Shown: positions 1-11,688 of the stretch, one piece after another
How positions within the stretch are numbered: position 1 is the first letter of the stretch
Layout of the letters: each line of letters opens with the position of its first letter
DNA from: Halocafeteria seosinensis
Taxonomy: Eukaryota
Length of the DNA: 64,000 nt
Assembly (NCBI GenBank): GCA_001687465.1
Contig: LVLI01000069.1
Coordinates: 62,001-126,000, forward strand
Direction: 5' to 3'
The notes under the pieces: model-generated
Seen by the model: the letters and a program-made list of their open reading frames with translations, nothing else
Databases searched by the model: none
Told to the model about the DNA's origin: nothing
Translations under genes and position numbers: made by a program

Positions 1-1
1 A

Positions 2-181
2 AAGAAAAAACTCATTGCTTGCGAAGGATCGGAGCCTACAGAATCGACACCAACTGATTACAGTTCTGCTAGAACCGACGCCTCACTGAAGCGTCAAGCG
101 TATATTATTGGATTGAACTGTGTTGACAAAAAGGCAGACGATGAATTCTGTTTTAATTTAATTGTCTGTTCATCCGAATGA
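2..181 (+). CDS. Possible 3' end of a gene entering from the left edge
   Basis: Open frame from base 2 (KKKLIACEGSEP...VCSSE) to TGA at 179-181, ending 7 bp from the next gene's stop. No recognisable motif. Confidence 0.25.
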   Translation, partial: KKKLIACEGSEPTESTPTDYSSARTDASLKRQAYIIGLNCVDKKADDEFCFNLIVCSSE

Positions 182-188
182 GCGTAGT

Positions 189-1196
189 CTATCGGTACAC
201 GGTCCGGCTCCCTTGGTGCATTCGGGACAGCACAGTCGCCACAGCGGATTCCTCAGATTCCATTGGTTCACCTCGGGTGCTTAGTTGGTCACTTCCTCGA
301 AAGTCTTTATGTTTGTGCAAACTGAAATAAGAGAGTGCGTTTCGGGATATTATATGTCCACTTTTTCGAAAGTTACTTGACAAATTAGTAGAGTTCATTC
401 CTCTCTGGACTAAGCACTGCGAGTCCAGTGGCGTATGAGACGATAATCGGGTAACTGCTTTGCTCAGAAGATCCGCTAGTTCATTTGCTACCTTTTCCAT
501 GAACGCAAGTTTTCGTTTTCTCTTTTGACGACTGCGCCTTGCCCTAAGAGCACCCAGTTGCCGCCGCTTATCTTTTGTCGGCACTGTACACGGCACCATT
601 GGACTACGCTCGTAAGTCCCCGGGCTTTCATCACTATCCAGTAGTTCAAAGCTCGAGCACTGATACATCAATTCGTCTATCTGCTCCTCGGGTATCCTTT
701 GTCCCTCGAGTATCTTTTGCTTGATACTACAAAAGTTGGCCTTGATCGTAGAGGGTAGGATCATTTCACTCTCCTGGCGATTACTACCTTTTACTGCAGC
801 AGGCCTGGATCGTTTGCCTGTAGCAGTGACCTTTCGTTCAGATACTGGAATCTGTTTAGCAAGTACTGGAATTATTGGATCTCCGACGCACGGACTCACA
901 TCGGGAGCAGATTCCATTGGTTCACTTAAGAACTCAGAGCGAGAAGTTAAGGAATATTTGCCGCTGTCCTGGAGGAAATCGGAGACCATCCGATCCATTC
1001 TCTTTGCTTTCGCATACGGAGGATGCAAGTGCATATCAGTACTAAATGAACTTTTGCTTAGAGTTCTGGAACTATTCAAATGGCATTTCATCGGATTTTG
1101 CAATATCTTTGTCCAACTTCCGCGGGTTTCGGGCAATTGCGGATTAACCAAATTCAACATCGCGTGCGCACGACAATTCTCATCGCACAGATCCAT
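189..1196 (-). CDS. bZIP-like transcription factor (atypical basic region), intronless
   Basis: 335-aa ORF with basic region KDKRRQLGALRARRSRQKRKRK followed by a heptad-like helix (LAFMEKVANELADLLSKAVTRL). Start codon uncertain. Confidence 0.6.
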   Translation of the reverse strand: MDLCDENCRAHAMLNLVNPQLPETRGSWTKILQNPMKCHLNSSRTLSKSSFSTDMHLHPPYAKAKRMDRMVSDFLQDSGKYSLTSRSEFLSEPMESAPDVSPCVGDPIIPVLAKQIPVSERKVTATGKRSRPAAVKGSNRQESEMILPSTIKANFCSIKQKILEGQRIPEEQIDELMYQCSSFELLDSDESPGTYERSPMVPCTVPTKDKRRQLGALRARRSRQKRKRKLAFMEKVANELADLLSKAVTRLSSHTPLDSQCLVQRGMNSTNLSSNFRKSGHIISRNALSYFSLHKHKDFRGSDQLSTRGEPMESEESAVATVLSRMHQGSRTVYR

Positions 1197-2593
1197 TTGT
1201 TCCTTTTAGTCCACTGTTCCTTACAGTCAATAACTTCTATTATAACTATATATGGTCGGTATTTCTATTTAAGGCGGTGTAAATGGCAGCTACACCCGCA
1301 CGCTGAAACAGAAGGTTCAAGCCAGGTCCGGGTATCAATGAATCTCCGTCATATACCGTCAGTGGAGGCACGTCACGTGCTGCAAATGCTGTCCATATAA
1401 ACACGGTACAGAGGGAAAGCTGCTGTGTGCCGCTGTCTCGTGGGTCAGGCTAGTCTTTTTTCCCCTTATCAAAGTGGAAATGAGTCTCTTTCTGCCCGCC
1501 GCCAGCTTCCTAGGGGAAAAAGCAGGGCAAAGAGGATCAAACCAGATAAGATGTTCTTCAGTAAGTCTCTCTCGAATCGGGATGCTTATTCCCTTTTCTG
1601 TAGCTTAGAAGAACGATACAATTATTCGTGGTGTTTACAAGCCGTGAATTCTGTCAATTTGTTGCTCCTTTGGGATAGGGGGTTACAAAAAACAACTCGT
1701 ACCCCGCGGACGGCCGCCGTAACTTAGCTTGGGGTCCAACCGTTTCTACGGCACTTCCCCTGTTCCCACACAACCTACGGTACTACAAGAACCATTATAG
1801 TCCTCGTAGTCTCTGGAAAGAAGGGATGACGACAGCGTGTATCCACCACAGCGATTCCTTGATGTATCTATGCAATAACGTAGCTCCCACTAGGCCATCG
1901 GTAGATTCTGCACGCCTTCCCCTGTGTTCCCCCTGCGCTCAGATTACGTCAAACTAGGTTCGACAGGCTTCCCAACAGAACGGTTGTAACATACAGCTCT
2001 TATGTAGCTTATGAAGCGCAAAAGGGCGGCGTAATTTCGCCGTACAGGTTTGCTGTGATAAGCACGGCTCCGCCGGCGGGTTCAATAAGATGCGGGAGAA
2101 CCCGGAGCCACTCCAGCCAGGCTGGACCAGCCTGGGTAGAAACAAATGCGGCATTTTTGAAATGCCTCAATGTGGCTCATTGCCCGTTCCTTTTTGATTG
2201 GGCGCACTTTGAATCCAGTATTCCCCGGTCAGTTTACTGGTTCCGCAGGGTAAATTCCGGGAAGGAGCCGAGCATATCGTGCATACCCCCAACTACAGGT
2301 ACAGTGGAAGCGGGAAGTTTTGCGAACAAGCGGGGGCCGCGGGGACGAATGGACTGAGTGGACCATTGCAGTTTGCGGTTTGGTTTCGCTCGTCATACCC
2401 TGTACATGCTTGAGGGACTTCGTTTCATTCTTGTGAGTTGTGTATGTGGGCCAATGAGTGCACTGACCAGAAAGAACAGAATAGCACATTCCGGCAGGCA
2501 GCTTCGAATACTCCCAATACCCCCGGTTTCCCCCTAATACCAGTAGCAGTGGTAGTATAGTATTTTGGCTAAGTAAACATATATCTGTTTCCT

Positions 2594-3226
2594 ATGGAGA
2601 GGGGAGAGAAAAGGCAGAATATTGCTTCTGACGCAAGACTACTGCAGCCGCTTCTCAAAAAGCCTAGAGACACATGTGAACAGGACGATGAATGTCACTC
2701 CCCTCTTGGAAGCAAGTCTTCCGAGAAGAGTGAATCGGGAAGTAAGAACCAAGTTAGCGGTGAACAAACGTTTGAGGATTGTGCGCATCGGGTGAAGAGA
2801 CATGTGGAAGAATTCTTGGAAGGAATCGAGGAAATGGACAGCTCAAAAGTGACCGCAACCGTAAAGGAAGCTGTTTCAGGGTATGCTGAGATACCTGCGG
2901 ATCCGAATTCCGGTGAAATTATGCGCGAAGACCTTCAGCATCTGAACCATGTCGATAGGGAAAGAAAAATGGCGGCTATACGCGCTCATAGAAGCCGCCT
3001 GCGGCGACAACAACGCGAAAATTGGCTTAATGTACTGAACCCGGTTCTTCTGGAGTCGACGCAACAAGCGCTTCTCTGTCTAAACGGAAAACGAAGAGGC
3101 ACACAGCAGAGTTCTCCAGATATCAATATGAGACTACGTCTCCAAGTGGGGTCGTTCAATACATCGCTGACAGTTCGCAGTAACTCGTTTAAGCTGACGC
3201 AATCCAGCTTGGGAACGCACTATTAA
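2594..3226 (+). CDS. bZIP-like transcription factor (atypical basic region), intronless
   Basis: 210-aa ATG ORF with DRERKMAAIRAHRSRLRRQQRENWLNVLNPVLLESTQQALLCL; same A-[LI]-R-A-x-R-S-R core as the gene at 189-1196. Confidence 0.6.
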   Translation: MERGEKRQNIASDARLLQPLLKKPRDTCEQDDECHSPLGSKSSEKSESGSKNQVSGEQTFEDCAHRVKRHVEEFLEGIEEMDSSKVTATVKEAVSGYAEIPADPNSGEIMREDLQHLNHVDRERKMAAIRAHRSRLRRQQRENWLNVLNPVLLESTQQALLCLNGKRRGTQQSSPDINMRLRLQVGSFNTSLTVRSNSFKLTQSSLGTHY

Positions 3227-3432
3227 TACAATGCGACGGACACGTTGCCGCTCAGGATACGCCTGATGTGTGTTCAAGGCAACACAATCACTGGGTTACA
3301 GTGTGTGAATGTGTACTATTGCACAATAGTGGTTTGAGAAGGGATTCTACGAAGAGCTCAGTCCCTCTGCGGGAGAAGAGAGCTGCAGCACGATTCACTC
3401 CCCGTAATCCCCAGCAAACGTATTTTAGCGTC

Positions 3433-6400
3433 TCATGAGCTTCCATCATGCCGCTTGGAACCTGTGATACCATATGAGTCAGGACCATGAAGCTTAATCG
3501 CCAGCCGAAAAGCTTCGATCCAAATGTTCCGAGCGGCTTCTATTGTCTTTCTGGCTCTCTCTGTGGAGGATTGTATGCTTTCAACTGTATACCCACGACT
3601 GAACTCTCTAACATCTCGGTCATCCAGCTCCAGTTCTAAGTAGTGCCATTCTCCGCCGCTTTCATATACCACAGTGAAACAAGCGAAGTTGTTTTTCCAG
3701 GAATGATCGGTTTGTCTTCCTGGGTACACCTGCAGAGGAAAGGAGTAGAGAGCTATGTCAACGCTGAAGACGTTATGGTCACTTTAACTCCAGTCTTACG
3801 TCTAAACACGCTCTCGAAGGTATTTGAGTATAGACCCTTGAAGAGTTTACCGCTCCGATGAAGAATAACCCTAAGTTTTGAGAACACCAGACGAACCTGT
3901 TGGATGCAACACTTCAATTACATATTTAATTAACAAGATGAGTAAAACTGTAATTCCTTACCTGGCATGGGTATTGTCTGTCTCGTGTATCCAAAACGCA
4001 GCGCCTTTCAAGAGCAATGAGCGCATCGCTTTAACCCTTGAGTCCTCCTCGCTATTTTGTTGACCAGAGGTGCTCCTCGCCGGGCTTCGCGTCTCTTGAT
4101 TACGGTGCTTCACGTCCAAGTTCGTATTGTACTCGGTGTCTACCGCGGTGGCAGAAGCCGTTGGGTCATCTACAGTTTGGATGACCGGTTTCGCGTTTTC
4201 CCGAAGAGGTTCCGTCTGTATCGGAAAATGCCCAGAGCCATTTCTCTCTGATTGGATAGTAGATTGACTCGCCGTCTCTTCATCATGATGACGACCAGCT
4301 GGAGTCATATCATTGTAGTCGCTTGACGCGCTGCTGTCCCCGCGTGTTCGATGAGTATGTGAAGAAAATGAAGCATTTGTCCTACTTCCTCTATCTGCGG
4401 AAGATGCACTTGAAGGTCGTCGAGGCTTACTAGTGGTCTGGTTGTGACTGTGAACACTAGAAGCATCAGCTGCTGTCCCATCATTGCTGTTACTCGATAA
4501 AACGTCCTTGTTTCCCTCTGCACTGTTTATCGCGGTAAACACCGCCCGCTGCAAAACAGACGAACAATGTAATTCTGCATGTCAGCACCGGTATACGTGA
4601 CATCAAGTTTTACGGACCTTCAGTAGAGCCATGCAAAGTTGGGCTTGAGCCATATCAGATACCCGAACCCACCATTCGGGAACACCATCAGAGCTCCATT
4701 CTATTGAGTTCAAGCTCTCAACATCAGATACATGCCCGCTAGGGAAGTGAGGAGGCTTATGCAAGAATGACTTTACTAGCCGCTCACAGGCCTGTTCATC
4801 ACTCTTATGCAGCTTCCGGCTAAAAAGCGACAGTTGTTTGCCACCCTCCAATTCTAAATTGCCGTGCTTGAGTGCATGTCGAATAGCCTTCTCGGAGAAT
4901 CCCAATTTATAAAGAAGACGTATCCCATTATTGAGTTGTGATTTAATTTTCCGATTCTGAGACTTTAGGCGCTTCACGGTAGCAGAAATATCTTCCTGTT
5001 TGTTGACTGCAACATAGCTGGTTAACATTCCGCAGCGCTGGGCGAAGCGACAGGTGGATACCGACTCTTCAGTAAACTCCGGTTCTGGGTTCAAAGTGGC
5101 AATAAACACAGTTCTGCAGTTGCCGCCGAGGCTGTCTCGTAGTACTGAAGTCAGAACCGAGTTTCTATATGGGACGTAGCTCGCTACTGCCTGACCTTTG
5201 GCTCTTGATTGATTCCGCTGCCGCTGCTGTAAAGCAATAATAACCTGTTCCAAATAGTGGAGGGATAAGTTGATAGACTTTCCCTCTTTCCTTGTAAGCG
5301 CGCGATTTCGCTCCCTTTTTGCCCAGTGTGCAGTAGATGCAGTACCTGGTCGCCCAGAGAACGATTTGTTGAGCATTTGATTCGAGCCTGTATCCCCTCT
5401 AATGTTGTTTTCAGTTTTGAAGACTCTCTCCGAACCTGTTTCGGAAACGAATGGAGGGAATTATTTAACATCACCGTAGCTGCAAGGTCTCGACGAAATC
5501 TTGCCATACCAGCCAGATCCACAAAGTGGAGTTTAGAGCAAGTGATAGTCTCTGCTTCCTCGTGCTTTTGCTCTACGTGTATAGTGAAAACGCAATGAGA
5601 TCGAGAGGACGCCTGTAAAACAAGCCATTCGAGCTCATTTATTGCAGCCATACAAGAAAAGTCAGCATCATCCAGTCTTACCTGGTTCATTGGCGTCTCC
5701 GCAGTCATCCGGTTTACATTTCCAAGGAAGAGAAGATTGAGGGCTTCCCGTTCAGACTTGGCTTCAAACAGTTGCAGGTTTCGAAGCTCCAAGTTTCCAT
5801 CTTCATCTTTTCTCATATCAATTTTCTGCCATTCCTCGATAGGCTTCGTTCGGTGGGAGCTGCAGCGACAGCATTTCGTCGAAGTGGCCCAATGGAGAGC
5901 AATCATTTTGCACCTACCGGTCCAGCAGGTCAAAGATCGTCTCGTTATAAATCTCAAAGTACGATATAAGGATGGAGAAATGCATCGAATGGTTTTCATC
6001 TATGTGTTTATAGAGGTCTTCGATAATACGTGGAATAATTCCTCGCTCGGGGAACGTCTCACCACCTGCAAACAATCCAATCAGTCAACTCTTGAGCGCG
6101 TTTTTCTTTCTTCACGAACACATACCACTAATGGTGTACGTCTTGCCACTACCGGTCTGTCCGTACGCGAAGATGGTGTTGTTATACCCTTCTAACGCGG
6201 AATCGACGGTTGGTCGAACCTGAGCAGCAAGACGATTTCATCTTCTTCAATGCACGATATCTGACTTTTCCACAGTTTAAATACAATAGTCCACATACCA
6301 CTTGTCCGTATAACGATTGCTGCCCTTCTGAAGGCCTTATAACCTGTAGAAACAAGCCATTTCAATGTCCTCTCTTCCTCCAGAGCTCTTGAATAGGACA

Positions 6401-6812
6401 CTTACGCGATTAAATGTGAATACGAGGCTATTCGGGTTATTATCCACCACATCCTGCACTTTTTTCCTAGGAGCTACGAACTCTAAATGCCTTGCAATTC
6501 CGTCATCATTCTCTGAAGAAGCCAAAAACACCACCTCCACACGTCACTAAGCCCCTTCACGAGCACTTTCTGCTGTACACACATACCATGCACTCGATAT
6601 GGCAGGTCCGGAGCCTCAGAAGGTCGTCTATACGAAGACTCAAACGGCGGCCGAACCCGGGCATACACCTCAACACGCCTCTGGAGCACCGGCTGCTTCT
6701 CATGGGCCGAAGCGCCTATCTTGGAAGCCTTATTCGCAACCGTGGAAGGCGTTGGAGTGGGTGTCGAGCTATTTGCACTCGGAGGCTCAGAACTCGTCTC
6801 CGAGGAAGCCAT
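3433..6812 (-). CDS. Kinesin-9 (KIF6/KIF9-like) motor with C-terminal PH-like domain, multi-exon
   Basis: VYARVRP, P-loop [12 protein letters not shown] (~6130-6170), SSRSH, DLAG, kinesin-9-type [35 protein letters not shown]. In-frame GT-AG joins continue through 4554-3962, 3896-3800 and 3729-3433. Confidence 0.9.
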
Positions 6813-7455
6813 TTTGGACTTGTGTGAATTGTTTGCTGCCGGATCCACTCTCTCTATATATATAGTGCCAATCAACCCACTAGAGATAGGATCAACTACT
6901 AATATGAATTTCATCACGTGTCAACACGTCTGGCTAACAAGATTCCCAAGGAGTGCGGGAAGTGCGACAGACTTCCCTAAGAGTTCGGAGGCAACAGAGT
7001 GTATTTATCGGTCTATGTGATTCGCATTTTTGCACTACGGTATTGTTTCGTCAACCCTGCAAATGAACGTCCAAAGAAACAGTTGTTAGCGATGGGGAGT
7101 GTGAGATGCGATACAGCAATGCATCTCGAACGTGTAACACCCCAATTGCACACACTATAGCAAGCAGTTGAAAGACGTTCCACATTGAAAACAAATAGTA
7201 GTGAAGAACATCCTCTTTAGACTTGCGACAAGGAATTCAGAGAACTATTGGGGACACACACTTACCAGCGCACCTGTATTGATCTCGAATGCTCCGTTGT
7301 CACAGCAGTGCGTGTCAGCACAGTTCATTTGAAGAAATATTACGAGTGCAACTGGAATATTTTTATCTTCAAATGATACTGTTGTACATACATTGTCATC
7401 TGTTCTCCACTATGCATGAATACTGCTACCAACATTGGGCAACTACACAGCAACT

Positions 7456-9507
7456 CTAAGCCTTGGGGCCACTTTTCTTGCGGCGGTAACGGACTGTTGT
7501 TGGACTCTTTGGAGGAACTACCATGGCTGTGTAGTCTGATTCTGGGAACTCGGTTACTAGCTCAAGATCGAAATTACGGAACAAAACGGAAAGTAAAGTT
7601 TTCACCTGGAGATATGCAAACCTTTCTCCCATACAGGAATGCAGCCCGCCTCCGAAACCAACATACTTGAACTTCTTGTTGTCTTCTCCCTCTTTAGGCT
7701 TATCTTCTTCTCGTCCTGGAGCATACCGGTCGGGATCAAACTGCTGTGGGTTACTGAAGGCTCCTTCAGGAGGAGGAAGCTGCATTGATACTCCAGGGGC
7801 TGCGACGACAATGTCGCCCTTGGGAATTGTGTGGTGGGGAGTCTTCAACTCCGTCAACACCTCACGCATTAAGAAGATCAAAGGGGGGTGTAAACGAATA
7901 GACTCTTTCATGCAGCGTCCCAATAAATCCATTTTGTTGACCTGTTCAAAGCTGAGGGTATCCTGGGCACCACCAACCAGTTCTTGTTGCTCCTGCAACA
8001 CGCGCTCCTTTAGGTCTGGTTTCGTCATCAAATACAATGCAGTCCATGTCGACGTAATTGTGGAAGTATGCTGTCCAGCAAACAGCAAAGCAATCATCAA
8101 GCCAGTAACTTCTTGATCCGTCGGTTTGCTTCCGTCGCGATATTCCGCATCCATGAACACTTGCAAGACATCATTGTGACGTTCACCTTCCCGACGGCGT
8201 TTTTGGATGACGTTGGAAAATAGTCGGACCATTTCTTCACGGGCACGGTTTCTCTTTCTGGGCGAAACGAGAAACGAAGTCAATTATAATCGCCACTACA
8301 TAGTCAATGTCCGTTAATACTTACATATGTTGAGGGATAGGAGCATTGGGGAAGAAGAATGAGAGGGGAGTTATTCCTTGGTCGAGAGTGTGATATAAGT
8401 CGGCCACTTGTTCGAATAGCTCTTCGCGTATCTGCATTTGTGGTACGGACATGGGAAACCGGACTTTGCCCTCATGAAACATCTCTGTATAATGAAATCA
8501 ATGCTACCTTACCTCCTGTCCCATCAGGCATCTAGATGCCGTCAATATAATTAACTCTGCAAGCTTTTCAATCAAGTTCACTTCACCTTCATCACCCCAA
8601 TCTTTGAAAAACTTTTCTGCTTCGTCAATGATCTTCGGTACGTAGCTCTGTAAGTTGCTACTATGCAGGGAGCCACTCATAAACTTAAGTTGCTGTTGCA
8701 TGACACGTGGAGGTGCATCGTAAACCACTCCTTTCCCAAACACGGGAGTCATGAATTTATAGACTGCAGATTGGTTCACATCCTTATCGGCAGCCTGCAG
8801 TGCATTCCGAAAGTATTCGTGAAGCATTGCATTGTACGGCAGTCTTGAGTCGTTGTGACGTACGTTAAAGAAAGGTGTATGGCTTTGTGGCCCAAGCAAG
8901 AAAGTCATGTTCTTCCCAAACATGTTAACCGTGAATTCAGTACCTTTCTGCAATATTCAAAGCAAGCAGAACAGCGTTCATAACTCGGCTAAAGGATACA
9001 CCATCAAAGCAAGGACGCTTGACTCCAGCTTTCCAAAAACAGACCAGAAACCCGGTGGCCAAGGCCAGAAGGCGCTCCTTGCACTGCTGAACTGGATATC
9101 TTACCTCTCGATATCCTCTCCAGACTAAATCCACCGGAGATGATGCAAATTCAGGGAATGGCCCCAACAACGGTAGTCCTCCTCCGAGCATCGGTGGGGC
9201 GTTTTTCGGCCGTGACATTCGGAGGTAGATCATAAAGGAAATGCCTCCCACTCTGCATGGACAGAGAAATACACGTCAGAATGGCGTAGAACAGACCTGA
9301 ATGGCGCTGAATAAGGGCTCTCATAGTGACACCAAACTTTCCCTTTATTCGCCCCTTCCAAACCCTTGTTACAAAAAGCTATCCTATGCATAATGTAGTA
9401 TAAACGATGCTCTATACGTATACGTACATGGCAAGCACCACCGTGGCTCCTAGTATGAGCCAGGCATTGGCCAAAAGAAAGGATAAATTAAGCGTCACCC
9501 CTGCCAT
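7456..9507 (-). CDS. CYP51: Sterol 14-alpha-demethylase (cytochrome P450 CYP51), multi-exon
   Basis: N-terminal TM exon ([26 protein letters not shown]), CYP51 signatures [15 protein letters not shown] and [10 protein letters not shown], ExxR (ESIRLHPP), heme motif [11 protein letters not shown]. Confidence 0.95.
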
Positions 9508-9815
9508 ATCTTGCGCTTTTTGAACCCTTTAAACTCAATAATTACACACAATGGTCAGTATACGACGGTATCAGAGCAATCCCCGTTGTCTTGAGTTTGT
9601 ATCTCATGCAGCAGCAGCTTGGAAAACAAACCTCAACTATGGGAAATGAGTGCCATCTGACAAGGACCATATCAAATGCCTCCAGCTTCCGGGGAGTCCG
9701 GCAGGGACGTATTACACGCGTATTATGTGCCAGGGTTGTTCCTAAACGAGGCAAGTTTTACTCGTGCACGTAGTTTGATCGTCCTGAGCTTGTTCGAGCG
9801 TGTATACATAGTACA
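9508..9815. promoter_or_regulatory. Putative bidirectional promoter between CYP51 and the second P450
   Basis: Only about 308 bp separate the two divergent ATGs (9507 and 9816). Confidence 0.5.
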
Positions 9816-11639
9816 ATGGTAGCGTTAAAACTGGACATTGGAGCCCTTCTGCAGCCTCTTCGAGGGTGAGTTGGACCCTTTTCACAGCCATTTTAGCCCT
9901 TTTATAGCTCATATTCTGTGTCTTTTTGTCCCTGCAGGTTGTCTTGGGGGTCTCTACTGGGTTTGTTGGGGCTCTTTGTGGTCATTGCACTGCTGATTAA
10001 GAATGAAATCCGAGCTGCCAAGGTGGCATCTTTGCCCGGGCCACCACGTATCCCCATTGTAGGACACATTCCCTATTTGCTCAAGGCTCCCTGGCTTCAG
10101 GTACGAATCGACAGGGTAGATCAAGAGGAAACTATGGGTTGGTCACCACATACGCTCTGTCTGTATGCAGTTCGACCGATGGGCGCGCGAATACGGAACT
10201 ATTTACAGATAGTACGTAACTTTATTGTCTCTAGTCAAAAGTATGATGTGGGATAACTTGCTATCGCTTAACTGGTATTGGATTTTTTTTTGGTGCAGTT
10301 TCATCTGGGGGAATCCGATGGTTGTCGTGTCCGAACCAGAAGAGGTGAAAAAGATCTTGACGACGCAGAATAAGCAGTTCCCGAAGGATGATTGGTCCTA
10401 CGCGTATTTCAAACCTATCCTCGGCAATGGCATGGTAACATCATCTGGGGAGCGTTGGAAACATTCTAGGGAGGTGATAAAACCAAAGTTCCATTATGAT
10501 TCTCTCGAACGACTTCATCCTATCTTTATTGGAGCGGCACAAAGGGTGTGCAAACGCTGGGAGAACAAACAAACGGTAGAATTGGGACTTGAGTTCCGCA
10601 CCGTTACTTTGGAAGTTATCAGCGAAGTTGCCCTGGGATTGGATCCAGAAGATGCCCATGTTCTCCCAAAGATCTTTGAATCTGTTCTGGATGAACTCAA
10701 TCAGCGCATGTTCCACCCATATAGGGCCTTTTTCCCTTTAGAAATCGACCATCGGCGTAAGATCAAACAACTGGATGACATGGTGCTCGAGATGATCCGA
10801 AGTCGCCGTCAACAGATCTCTACGGGTGATACCAATAAAGCCACAGAGGGGCACGGATTAAAGGCTGCATCGTATGGTGGTGACATGCTCGATATGATTC
10901 TCAAGATGGATCCTAATATGGATGAAAGGCAATTGGCGGATGAACTTAAAACTATGTTGCTAGCAGGTAAGGATACAGAGTACCAGTGATTTTCGTTTTC
11001 ACAGCAAATTTTTTCATGCAAGCGATTTTGCGATCACCCACAGGCCATGAAACATCTTCAATGATGCTGCTCTGGTCTTGCTACTTGTTATGCAAGAATC
11101 CCGACAAAATGGCTAAGGCGCGCGAGGAGATCACATCCGTTATTGGCTCAGGCGATAAATGGGGAACTTACGAACAATATAAAAGCTTGAATTACTTAGA
11201 AAACGTTATGTATGAAGCGATGCGATTATACGCCCCTGTACCGGTACTAACTCGTGAAACAAGCAACGATGTTAAACTCGGAAAGTATGATGTTCCCAAA
11301 GGGACTACCATTATGCTCTCAGTGTGGGCCATGCATCGCTCACCCGCTATTTGGGGGGACGACGTGGACTGTTTCCGACCGGAGCGCTTCAGTAGAGAAG
11401 ACGCTCAAGAGAAGAAGCGACACCCGTTTTCATATATGCCATTCTCACTGGGACCTCGTGATTGCATTGGACGCAACCTTGCAATCATAGAAGCCAAAGT
11501 GGTCCTGTCATCCATCTTACAGCGTTATGACATGAGCGTCGCTCCCGGCCAACCGGATGAAGTACCGACAGATAGCTACATCATCCCAGTGCGGCCTGCC
11601 GGTGGACTCTACATGAACGTCAAACGTTTACACAAATAA
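9816..11639 (+). CDS. Cytochrome P450 (non-CYP51, ER-anchored), multi-exon
   Basis: TM anchor plus Pro hinge (LPGPPRIPIVGH), I-helix LLAG|HETS joined across an intron, EAMRLYAPVP, FRPERF, heme motif PFSLGPRDCIG. Confidence 0.93.
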
Positions 11640-11688
11640 TATTTTGCCTTCGATTCGGACTCGTAGTGTAGTAGCCTACTTGCGTTCA

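Noticed and set aside
9559..9565. TATACGA (reverse of the yeast Upc2 sterol element TCGTATA) just upstream of CYP51
   Set aside because: Single 7-mer; Upc2/Ecm22 are fungal factors and this sequence does not look fungal.
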